Origin: Adineta vaga
Taxonomy: Eukaryota; Animalia; Rotifera
Direction of reading: 5' to 3'
Assembly (NCBI GenBank): GCA_021613535.1
Contig: CP075494.1
Location: forward strand, 16,244,001 to 16,308,000
Length of the DNA: 64,000 nt
Below, piece after piece: positions 52,995 through 64,000 of the stretch. The position numbers were made by a program, and so were the translations under genes. Under the pieces are notes generated by a model that ran no database searches, had not been told where the DNA came from, and was given only the letters and a program-made list of their open reading frames with translations. Each line of letters begins with the position of its first letter. Positions within the stretch are counted from its first letter, which is position 1.

Positions 52995-53970
52995 TGGAAC
53001 TATTCATTTTCATTTTTTCTGTTATTTCAATTATTTGAACCAATAAAATTATTCATCATATCGCATTAAATTTAAAAATTCGTTTTCGATTTTTTATCTA
53101 TCTAAATTTTCCTTTCTACATTTTCCTACTGATTATTTATTCTATTCGAGATTAGTATTTTCGGCCTTTATACTATATATTTTTTCCTTTTCGATATTAT
53201 CCTTCTTTTTTTTCGATATTTTCGTATTCTAAATTTTCCTTTTCGATATTTAACACCAAACCCGTCCTCTCTAGTCTAACTGAATACATATATCACTTAT
53301 GCATTCGATTTGAATCATCACTCATCCTGGAGATGGGAACGATGTCACTCAAAACAATGGATGATCTAAAAATATGGGTGGATAGTAAAAGATTTAATTC
53401 GTTTGTAGAATGTTTAAAAAAAAGGATTTTTTATTTTTGCTAATCATATAAACATATTTGTTCACATTAGTAATAATTTAAATACACAAAAGAAATATCA
53501 TAATGTCTTAGATGCTTAATACATAAGTACTAAACATCTGATAATCTTATTTTCAAGAAGAGATGTTCGGACTTAATATTCAATCTTCCATAATGGAACA
53601 CGAAGAAACGATAAATACACTTGCAATATACCTGATTTAATGACTGTTTATCAATATTTGAAGCAATTGTTTCACTAGATGTATATAAGTCAATATTATG
53701 AATATTAAAATGATCGATTTTTGACATTGGGTCACTATAAACAAACATGATATGTTTATGAACAAAAACGTGTCTGGATCTCATGACGATTTTCAAAACT
53801 TTCAACAAGACTTGAATATTGATTTGAAAATATGTTTTTCTTAATCAAAACTTTTATTCTAGATATAACATTTAAAATGAATTATCTGAGCGAAGTCCAT
53901 CTATTTCGAGTCGAATGGTATGTTAACAAATAGAAATTCTTTCGCTTTGTTCGATCAGTATAAGATACAA

Positions 53971-54033
53971 ATCTTGAGGGTGTGATGATGTGTTAATGGG
54001 CAATCATCAACATTATCGTTTCAAAACTCAAAT
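53971..54033. repeat. Intergenic palindromic element, copy 16 (right arm eroded)
   Basis: atcttgagggtgtgatgatg ... catcaac ... aactcaaat. Confidence 0.6.
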
Positions 54034-54515
54034 TCATTATCTAAGAATACAATTCTTGATATCATCCTTCATGTCATTGTTATTATTGTTTGATGTGCAT
54101 TCAAAAAATATATATATTCCAATACTCGGAAAAATCAACAAGATATTGGTTTATCACATTAAAATACATAACCAAAATACTTTTTCAAATTTTAGTTAGA
54201 TTTATCGTATTATTTTATTGTCTATTCGTTGAACAAAAGCATAGAGTAAGATGTTATCAATTCATATTTACATTTAAATAGGTATAGAGAGTGCAAATCA
54301 AACTTTATTTATAAAGGCAACTGAAAATATACTATTGACGAAATTTATTTGTTCAGGGAGATAAGAACAGATCTATATTTGTTTATTATATGACATAGAT
54401 TTCATAAAGATTTACTTATTCGTTATTGAAATGCATTATGATTATTTTGACATGAAAAAACGATATTCAAATATAAAAAGAACAAATTAACTGCACAAAA
54501 TTTAGTTAAAAGAAA

Positions 54516-55250
54516 ATGAATACTGTGCTTTCTCTGTTCACTAATTTCACTTTTTATTCGACTTTTCGAACATCATCATTAGATCAATCATGGAAATTAT
54601 TTCAAAAACTTCACAATAAATAATATCATTCTATTGATGAAGAACAAGATCGACGAAATAATTGGGAAGAAAATGTTCGAATGATTCAAAAACATAATCT
54701 AAAAGCTGTTTTCGATATTCATACATTTACAATGAAAGTTAATCAATTTGCTGATCTTGTTTGTCTCTTCTGTTCTTCTCTAAATCACCACTAATTTCCT
54801 TTCAATTGTTCTATATACATGATGAATTTGAATTCAATTTCTTTCAGTAATTGTTGGTAAAAAGGACTTTCATTTGAGTTTAAATTATCGTACAAAAGGA
54901 TATATAACATCTGTAAAAACTTAAAAACAATGTGATTCATGTTGAGCATTTTTCACCATTGTCCTACTTGAAAGATGACTTGCTAAAAAAAACTCAGAAA
55001 CTTGTCGTTTTATTTGAACAACAACTTGTTGATTATTCAACTGATTATGAAAATATGGACTGTAATGTAGATTATATGGATATTCCTAGATAATCATGAC
55101 ACTGAATCAAATGCAACTTGTTCATATATAGATATATTTGCAAAATGTGAATTTAATCGTAGAACTGTTGTAATTAATGTGACTGTGGGTTCTATTGGTT
55201 ATTTGTTGATATTAAAACTGGATCAGAACTTGATCTTCAAGATGTATTTA
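54516..55250 (+). pseudogene. Cathepsin L-like (papain family) pseudogene
   Basis: I29 prodomain WKLFQKLHNK*Y...EEQDRRNNWEENVRMIQKHN...VNQFADL; degraded active-site region KQCDSC*AF; EQQLVD. Confidence 0.75.
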
Positions 55251-55306
55251 TTTAAAATAAAAAAAGAAAAGAAAGAGATGTAGTTTAAATAAGTTTATTT
55301 CATATG

Positions 55307-56007
55307 TTAAGAAATTTTTCTAATAAAGGAAAGATAAAACAAAATTTTTGTTCCTAATGGACATTCAGGTGATGTTTCATAAATTGTATCTTCAATTGAT
55401 TCAATTTTCCAACCGTTTTCTAATGAAAATAATTCATTTAAATCAGCTTTTCTTATTCGTCGCGGTTGAGTTTGTTGTAATTCTTTTTCACTACAAACAA
55501 TTTGAATATAAAGACCATTTGGTTTAATTAATTTTTCTAAATTTTTTATATATTTTTGACGATCTTCATTCGAAAAAACATGAAATGTAGCTGAATCAAG
55601 AATAACATCATATTCATTTAGTTTTAAATTTGTTTTTGATAGATCATCAAGCATATTCACAACTTCAAATTGAATATTAACTTTATTTTCTTCGGCATTT
55701 TTACGAGCAACTTCAATAGCTTTTGGCACCTAAAAAACAAAAACGAAATTCATTTAAATTGAATAAATCATCAACAAGAATCTACCATATCAATTGCTGT
55801 TATATGAATGTTATTTATTTGTTTAGCAATATAAATAGCATTATCAGCAATTCCACATCCAATATCTAATACTTGACCATGAAAAACATTTCGTTGAACA
55901 AGATCAAGAATGACTTTTTGTGGTCGATTTATTTCCCAATGACCATTACCACTTCCTGATAAACGAAAAAAAACTTCTGATAATGGTGCTTCATCACTGT
56001 TCGCCAT
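55307..56007 (-). CDS. Class I SAM-dependent methyltransferase, prokaryote-like, 2 exons
   Basis: WEINRPQ, VLDIGCGIADNA, YDVILDSATFHVF, LIKPNG; intron ~55730-55785. Confidence 0.85.
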
Positions 56008-56585
56008 ATTTTCTTATCAATGAATTTATGGAACAAAAAGAATTTTGTGATAAAGAAACGAACCAGTCCATAGTGATTTGTTAATACATTATGTAAAATA
56101 AGAGAAGATATATAGATGGCGCAAGTTACAAGTATCATCAGAAATTACAATATTGATGAGATTCTTTTTAGTTGTATTTTTTTATTTAAGAAAAAAAAAC
56201 ATAGATGATTAGCAATAGGTTTAGGATACAAGTAAAGATGAAAAAACACTTTTTGATTAAAAATTGATTTGAATCAATAAAAAAATTTTCAACTCGACCA
56301 TTATCATGTCGACTAAACCGCAAATATGAAGAGTTTTTAACTGATCTAGTTGATCGCCTGCGTCGTTACTACCAACCTGCATTCCACTCAAAAACCGTGT
56401 TACTCAATTATTGTTTGTATTAACTACATAGATATTGCCCAAATGATCGACAATAACTCTACACGGATTATTTAACTGTGTTAATATATTCGGCACCTTA
56501 TTCAACCATTCTTTGCATGTGCTTTCCATTCAACAATACGGTTACTATGATTATCAGCAACGTCAGTATCTAACCTCGTTCTTAA

Positions 56586-57010
56586 CCCCTTCACCGTTAT
56601 TGACGTATATATACGTCAAAACAGTTTTTATAGAAAAAATTGAAAATACAAACCGTTTGTTTTGCCGAAACTACTAATTTTGATCTCTCTTTCAAGGATT
56701 CTAAAAACCATTATCCTATGTCCTAATTAAATTCTGAGATATTGCAAAAGACTATTGCGAGAACGTTTTCGAACGTTCTAGAATGTTATAGAAAGGTATG
56801 ACGTAATATTTTCTTTCTATCATTATATATATAACAGACTCAAGAATTCTGATATATTTCTGTGATCCTATAAGAACATTATTATGTTCGTTGTTGCACT
56901 CATTCCTCATTGATATCTCAAATTTTTGACAAGACCAAAATGACATCAATCAGCGGCTCTTCCATTGCTAGCGACGATGGTTCGTCCTCATCCTATTCAT
57001 ATTTTTCTGA
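56586..57010 (+). mobile_element. piggyBac-like left end (relic)
   Basis: TTAA|CCCCTTCACCG followed by the palindrome tgacgtatatatacgtca; a Ser/Asp-rich ORF start at 56940 is cut by the next element; no right end found. Confidence 0.45.
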
Positions 57011-57862
57011 TGTGATGGAAGTTAGCAGCAGATTCGAGTATTTCCTGCTGACATTCGCTTAGGTATTTGGGATGGGTCTGATACTTCTGGGATGGATAGA
57101 GTTCATCATTCTGCATCGAATGGTGCCGGATGAAAGGGGATCTATCATCAAAAACCAGGGATTTCAGCCAAAATACTGTGAAAATGGGTGGTGTTACTCA
57201 GTAATCCTTGCTAATATTCACTTTGGTACTTGGAATACATGCGAAATGTTTCCGTATGAATTACAGCATAGTATTTTCATTGCTGTAATCTTTTGTAAAT
57301 GAAGATTTTATACAACTGTAAGTTACGAAAATCCTTAAAAGTGAGTTTCAGTGTAAATTTGTACATTTAAATAATTGTATATGCCATATGTTCTATAATT
57401 TTCATGTGATAGATTAGAAATGTAGAATTTTTTCTAAAATAAACTATTTAAAGCATCATATGGCAACTGTTTGTATCGTAGCTTTGTTACATTTTGGTAC
57501 AAGCTGCCAAAATATTTGAGTTATTATTTAGATCGGATTCAAAGAATAGATGTTGTGGCATTTCTCTGGCAATCTTTAGCAATTAATATAAAGAAAGTAT
57601 AGGTATTATTGATCTGCGATGAACATATAGGTTGTCGTTAGGGATATTATGTGTTCAAATGAATGAGTTTAATCAAAAACACAGAGAAATATGAAGAGAC
57701 TTGTTTAAATGAATAACGACCGATCGGATAGAATACAGAGAAAAGAAAAGATATCGACATATATAAATCGGGTTGAGTGAAGGAAGAGAAAAAAATATAG
57801 ACATCATATGTAATACAAGAAAAGTTGATATATATCATTAAATTAAGAGAGAATAAGATTCA

Positions 57863-59764
57863 TCATATATCCCATTGATTCCTTAATTTGTTTCGCCTCA
57901 AAAACGTGTTGATTATAATTGCAGTACGTATACTGCCAATTCGACGAGCATGCGGATCATGTGCGACACACCCCAAACGATTTGTATCATCGAAATGATA
58001 ATAAGTACCCCCCTGCGCTTTGATAATTGCCGTGAAGTGTTGATTTGTGTTGTTGATACCGGCAGACAGATTATAGCTAAATATTATACAAAATGAATGA
58101 GGTCTGCAAATGTTGTGAACTTACGTATATTCACCAATATAAAGAGGATCTGGTAATTCTGTCATGGATGCAGAAATTTTCCCAACATCAACAATAACAA
58201 ACGGTGCTTTGTGTATAAATTTTGCTTTGTCTACTATTCGAGTAGCTTCACATATATAATGCTTTCTAAAATTCAATACTGTTTACATGAAAAAGGGTAA
58301 GATTGACACTTACTTCATACGAGTTACATTTGTCTCTACATCCACAACTGGAAATCTGTCGTCAACTGAATATTCTGCTGGATATTTTCGAGGTTTAAAA
58401 CGACCGAGATCAATTCGACATTGATGTTCTCGTGTGCTGGCAAAATTTGGTATGAAATTCATGAATTCACGATTGACTCTCCTACATTGAGAATAATACA
58501 AATTAAAAATTATATATGATGAATCAATAAAAAGAATTCAGTCAGTATGTAAACAGTCGATTGATGAGACAACATTGTTTGATAAAGAATTAAATTATAA
58601 AACAATGAAATGAGTGACTGATTCAACATATCCTATTTATCTACTTGTTCTTTATCAGCTTCATTCATCGTTGATTGGCAACATATTGTATATTCATCTT
58701 ACATGTTTGTCCTTCTATTACACTTTCTTATTCCTTCGGACAACGTAATACATGCGAAAGACGAAATAATAGACTAGAGACACATTCGTGTTGATTAAAA
58801 ACACCTTCTGTCTCTTTTGTGCAATTTTGTAGAGAAGAAGCTTTCTGCTAACTCAGAAACTTTACTGTCTTATTGTGTGGTAGATATAGTTTGGAAAAAA
58901 AACTTACGTCTATGATATATCGACATTTGTGTATTCACGAACTTGTTTAGGACAGACAGGACATGCACATTTAGATTTTACAGGATATTTCTGCATAGGT
59001 TTAATAAATTGAAAGACAATTGCTTCCATCGTATCCATAAGATCATAATCACCATTTGAACTTCTATTTTCGAGAAGATTGTGTTCGGTGAGCCAGTAGA
59101 AGCGAGCTGTAGTCCATCCTTCTGTATCAACTAGTTGGAATGTGCGCCAAATAATTTGATAAATATCAAGCGAATTGCATGTGAAAATATTACGAAATTC
59201 GTCGGAATGCGCTTTGTATGCATGATACAAGATAAACAAACCTGTATCAATTGTACAAGTATGAAATATATCGTAACGTTTACCAGCATAAACGAAATTA
59301 TCAATTCCGTATATAGGCCATACAAGCTTAAGATTACCAATAGTAGTTATTCGATCACCTTTGATAAAGTGAAGCTTGTTATTTCCGGTCGTATGTAATG
59401 ATGAAGGTTTGTTTTGTTGTTCATACAATTGTTCAGATGTTTGCTGTATAGATGTAGAGCAGCTGTTGTTCGATGAAGAATGTCGACGTTTTGAACAAAA
59501 TACTCGATATAAATGCGATTCAGTGAGATCTGATAAAGTCATAAAAATATTGCCAGCAGAAGAAGGAACTGTGATTGGTGTTTCATTAATTTTGATTGAA
59601 GAAGGTGATAATAGATTCATCTCAATATTACAACTGCTTACGTCTATAATACATGGCATTTGTGATGATAAAACAGAAAATCCAATTAAACATTCGTTGT
59701 TAAAATCCATCGATTTATTCGAGTCGGAATCACTAAATAATATCAACATCAAAATATTTACCAT
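57863..59764 (-). CDS. USP/peptidase-C19-like cysteine protease domain gene (multi-exon, 5' end uncertain)
   Basis: Cys box FHTCTIDTGL; CACPVC; APFVIVDVG; His box YNLSAGINNTNQHFTAII...YYHFDD. Confidence 0.55.
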
Positions 59765-60055
59765 TTATAACAGAGCTTTCAAAAATGTGAAATTTTAATC
59801 AATAGTTATCGTTTTATGAACAGCTGTTCACAATCTATCAGCGTATATATAGTATGTAAGATAAAAAAGCGTGTTTAAAATTATAACTCTATTTTGTTTG
59901 TACAAATTCATTGCAAAAGTCTTTTTCATAAGAAAATAGTTTTAAAAAATCGACAGAGGTCAACATTTATGTTTTTAATCATTATGATGCATATCGATGA
60001 CTTGATTCTCTTGATATCAATTCGATCAATCGATGCTTCAATTGTCTAACAAGCT

Positions 60056-60991
60056 GTGACTGTTACATGTATTGAGACTGGCAATAATGAAAAACATAGG
60101 TTACCCAATCAACCATGTCTTATTGTTGCTACATCATTTTTTTGTCCTGTGATTGAGAACGATAATATTCTATCGGTCTATCGGTTGACTCCATTACCAG
60201 CAATTGTTAACAATGAACAATTTATCTATTCGAATATACCTAATATTATCGCTGTTAATACACAAGATCAATCAGTTATGACATGGACTGATATTACAAA
60301 CAAGAATGAATGTCTATTTTCATTTATTGTTCAAAGAAATTGCCGTTCATTCGACTGAATGATTTACCTTGTTTATCAGAACTTTTAAATGATGATAAAC
60401 AGGTTGTCACTTCATGTGAAATAACACGTTCCCATCATAAGCAAACCGATTTTATTAACTTCGATAATAACGTTTGGCTTTTTTTCTCATGACAGACAAC
60501 CAATGTATTGTCAATTACAAACAGATACTGGGCTATATAACGGCTTTACGATTATCAATGAACCATCTATCTTACGTCTACCATGTGGAAATACATTGAG
60601 CTGTTCTGGTATTAAATTAACTTCGTCCAGTTGTACTGGTCGAAATGTTTTAATTAAATCGTCAGATACAGAACAATATGTACAACTACAAACTATTCCA
60701 TGGTCTCTTAAAAATATGAATAAACAATTGTTTTCCACGCATCAGTCAATAATTAAAAATTCCTTTAGAACTATTCTTGATGACTTGAAAGAAAATAGAT
60801 TAACCATCAAAACTCTAACTCTAATTACGGAATTCGGTGAAATCGGTTTATCAGCAATTTTTCTTATTTTTGCATAATTTATTTCACTTTTCGTTCGATG
60901 GACTAAGCGTTCGCTGTTGAAACGTATAGAACGACTTGAGAACAATCTAGATGATCTTGTAAATGCGTTTGCTACGCGTCTAGAAAGTTGA
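60056..60991 (+). pseudogene. Env/F-type fusion glycoprotein relic (C-terminal half)
   Basis: VYRLTPLP, Cys pattern EC...C...PCLSELL...SCEI...VWLF...YC...ILRLPC...C, then a TM segment and short tail; one frameshift and two stops. Confidence 0.55.
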
Positions 60992-61794
60992 ACTTTCTGA
61001 AACATTAAAAAATCATTCTTCATTATTGTAATTATCTTTTCTGTTAATAAATAAATAAATGAATAAATAAATAAAGCAACTCTTATCTAACATAGTCTAG
61101 TGGACAAATGATCAAGTATTGACGTCGTTGTCTTGTACAACATATTGTATATTATTTCTTTAAATTTTAGAAATTCTTCATAGTAACAAGATATACATAT
61201 ATTTCAATTCATCTAATAATTCTCTCATTGCATATATATCTTCACATAGGATACATCTATGGTTGTTATCTTTCACTCTGTCTCTTTGTTTCTCTTTCTC
61301 TCACTTGTCTCTGATGAGTGACGCGCTCACTCAAGGGAAAAGCTGAGAGCATGAATATAAGAAGAGAAATAATTTATAGAATGAAATATATAGCTAATTA
61401 TTACCAAAGTTCATCGTAAAACTCACGTCTTATCAAACAGGATCAGAGACCGAACACTAAAAAACGATAACTGAGGATTACAAATATCCATATTAAAATT
61501 ATTATTATAAATATCCGCAAAGTATTACAGAGTAAAACCACCTATTTTCATAGTATTTTCGGTGAAAGCCCTGGTTTTCAGTGACTGATCCCCTCTCAAC
61601 CGGTATCATTCGATGCAGAATGGTGAATTCTATCCATCCCAGAAGTATGAGACCTATCCCAAGTACCTAAGCGAATGTCGGCAGGAAATACTCGAATCTG
61701 CGGCTAACTTCCATCACGTGATTATTATTTTGAAAAATAAATATTGCTTCCAAAAAATTCATCATTTTGAGAGGTTTTGTATGAGAATAGAATA

Positions 61795-61882
61795 CTCGAG
61801 GGTGCGGTAGGTGTGGATTTGAAACATTGAACGATACTGCTATTCAGTTCCACAGCTTCATTCACACCCACACCCTCAAGAT
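61795..61882. repeat. Intergenic palindromic element, copy 17
   Basis: ctcgagggtgcggtaggtgtgg ... cacacccacaccctcaagat. Confidence 0.85.
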
Positions 61883-62213
61883 TGATTATTTCTACGTCTT
61901 GTGGTATTCATATTGAAAATATAATCTTTTGTAGAAATCTCTCTGTCGGTATATATATTTTATGTTCTATTGACATATGAATAATAAAATCCTTATCTTA
62001 ATTCTCCATGAGCAGAAGATATGTAAAAATAAAATCTGAAGTGATTTTTTTCAAGGTGAATAATTATATACGTATGCTTATAAGAGTATTTCATTTTACA
62101 ATTCTTTTCAATTTCATTGGCATCCGGAGTGTATATTAACCAATGACATCCACAATCTCCATCAACAATAAGTATAGAAAATGATGACTTTCAAATTCTT
62201 TATCTATTTTGAA

Positions 62214-63240
62214 TTAATAATATAATTCTGCACTATTTAGATAGTTATTGCTGGATTCTCCACCAATCACTAATACTCTTCCATTCGGTAATAAGGATGC
62301 TGTATGTTTGTATCGTTCATAATTCATTCTTTCAAAAGTCGTTGTCCATTTTCCTGTTAATGGATCATAAATTTCCACTCTATTTGTAGAAGTTGTATTA
62401 TATCCGCCTGCAACTAAGACTTTTCCATTTGATAATACAGTTGCTGTATGTTTATATCGTGAATCTCGAAGGTTACTAGTAATATTCCAAGTATCAAGTA
62501 ATGGATCATATAGAATAACTTTATTCGTTACATCAATACTACCAGTATATCCACCACTAATCATAATTCTTCCATCCATTAATGCAGATGCTACATGTTC
62601 TCTTATTGGTGTAAGCATTTTAGTAGTGTTGTACCATCCTAAATAGAAACTTAACAATCATCTTAACATCCTAATTTCTTTTCTATTCATTAAATCTTGC
62701 GATATGAACATATTAAAGATTAAAATATACGTATATTCATAAATCATTTCTGTTTTTTTACTAATCGAAAAGAAGAAATTGACCTATATAATAATCATTA
62801 ATTTATAACATACTTCTCATTGTAGCAGTAGTAGTAGTAGTTATAGTTGCGGTTGCAGTTGTAGTTGTGGATGTAAATTCTCTCATAATTGGAATTATAT
62901 TGGTTGTAGTTGTATTCATTGCTATTTATTAAGTATTAAGTTATATTCAAAAGTGAATTTTTCATCCTATCTTACTTGTTATTGGACAAATTCGTGGATC
63001 AATCATTGATACTGGATAACAAACAGGTTGTGAAGTACATCGAGGATGATGAACACAAATATGATCATCTTTAGCACAAGTATTGTTTATAGAATCACAT
63101 AAATCATGAGTTGAACAACTTGTCCAAAGAAAACCACATATACCAACATTATTAGCACCAGTCATATGAAAACATCCACATGCACTATTCGATGCACATC
63201 GACCATATTGAGATGTTTCAGAACAAATTGAACAATTCAC
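62214..63240 (-). CDS. Kelch-repeat protein with Cys-rich N-terminus and Thr-rich linker (possibly degenerate at the 5' end)
   Basis: Kelch repeats RYKHTATVLSNGKVLVAGG...EIYDP.TGKW; Cys-rich exon 62962-63240; Thr-rich exon near 62815-62920; no clean start codon found. Confidence 0.7.
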
Positions 63241-63533
63241 GTCAATATATCGATAAACTAAAATTAATAATGAAATTTATAAAAAATCAATCAGTTATCG
63301 TTAGCATTACTTGAGAAAGAGAATTAATGTAAAGCAAGAAATTGCTAATATAGTCATCGCTTGTATATCTATAATATCAAATCAAGATGGTAGTTTTTGT
63401 TTTTATATATACAACATAAAGAATATTGTAGCAATCATACAGCTTAATCTTTATATAATTGAGAATCAGATTCGTCATTTTCTAATAGATTTAATTGTTT
63501 CAACTAATCTTTTTTCTAAGAGAAGAAAAAACA

Positions 63534-63581
63534 CTGAGGGTGTATATGTGAGAGAAATAATCACACGCATATCTTCAAGAT
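63534..63581. repeat. Intergenic palindromic element, copy 18
   Basis: ctgagggtgtatatgtga - spacer - tcacacgcatatcttcaagat. Confidence 0.7.
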
Positions 63582-63720
63582 ATTATAACAAATTACAATG
63601 TATTTTATTGAAAATGGAAAACAAATTTTCAAATTATATTTTACAAGTATTGAATAAAATGTTAACTGTACTTAATGCATTATCTGTTACGAATAAGATC
63701 TAATCAATCATCGTTATTCA

Positions 63721-63779
63721 AATCTGAGTGAGTGTGTATATTTTAGCTATCTAACACCCTCACCCACTGATTACTCAGA
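63721..63779. repeat. Intergenic palindromic element, copy 19 (degenerate)
   Basis: aatctgagtgagtgtgt ... acaccctcacccac ... actcaga. Confidence 0.5.
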
Positions 63780-64000
63780 GTATTCATTGCAAGAACGATG
63801 AAGAACAATTGCTACAGATTATCGAGCATCACTGAAAACAAAACGTCAGTGAGTAGATGAACAACGGCATCGAATGATTCAGTTATTTCTGTCCGTTTAG
63901 ATGTCTCCCGAAAGAGATTTTCAATTGAAAGAGTGACGAGCAGTATTCTTCAGTGATGATCAAAGACTCTCGCTCGTCGTCCTCGCTGTCGTCGTCGGAT

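Larger units (their letters stand above)
46480..53263 (+). mobile_element. MULE/Mutator DNA transposon (FLYWCH type)
   Basis: 8-bp TSD gtcctctc at 46472-46479 and 53264-53271; imperfect terminal inverted repeats; subterminal gaaaatatcgaa-like motifs inverted at the two ends. Confidence 0.85.
57011..61718. mobile_element. 4.7-kb element bounded by ~205-bp diverged inverted repeats
   Basis: 57011-57218 is the reverse complement of 61510-61718 with scattered mismatches; candidate 3-bp TSD tga (57008-57010, 61719-61721); no transposase recognised inside. Confidence 0.8.

Noticed and set aside
46350-53335. Older inverted-repeat element around the MULE (ttaaccctcg end; ccaggatga / tcatcctgg)
   Set aside because: Matches are too short to define termini or a TSD.
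61027-61482. Possible solo or 3' LTR after the env-like relic (tgtaat...attaca)
   Set aside because: No polypurine tract upstream and no second copy in the window; kept only as a test in the findings.
63311-63703. 130-aa plus-strand ORF
   Set aside because: AT-rich, non-ATG start, spans a palindrome and has no motifs; likely spurious.
1770-63779. Palindrome family as a CRISPR array or true bacterial integron
   Set aside because: Copies are dispersed kilobases apart, not tandem repeat-spacer units. No cas or intI gene is present, and the DNA is eukaryotic with introns.

Overview
AT-rich eukaryotic DNA with short GT-AG introns. The gene set (orphan rhodopsin-type GPCRs, NHL-repeat protein, ART-TPR protein, F-box/LRR, NACHT-WD40, several bacterial-type enzymes) strongly suggests a bdelloid rotifer; this is inferred from gene content, not verified. 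The window is an accessory region rich in transposons and pseudogenes. It holds a full-length Jockey/I-group LINE (9124-13942) and a 5'-truncated sister copy inside a GPCR (44016-46004). A FLYWCH-MULE transposon (46480-53263) carries a TTAA-targeting Kolobok-type element with ~640-bp TIRs in one intron (47898-52334). A 4.7-kb TIR element carries a USP-like protease and an env-like relic (57011-61718). Tc1, hAT and piggyBac relics and MITEs are also present. The most striking unexplained structure is a family of about 20 short palindromic elements: ATCTTGAGGGTGTGGGTG - variable spacer - CACCCACACCCTCAAGAT. Their arms are built from telomere-like hexamers in fusion orientation. They occur only between genes, bracket most genes individually, and coincide with the breakpoints of truncated transposon relics. 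All coordinates and alignments were read by eye and may be off by a few bases.
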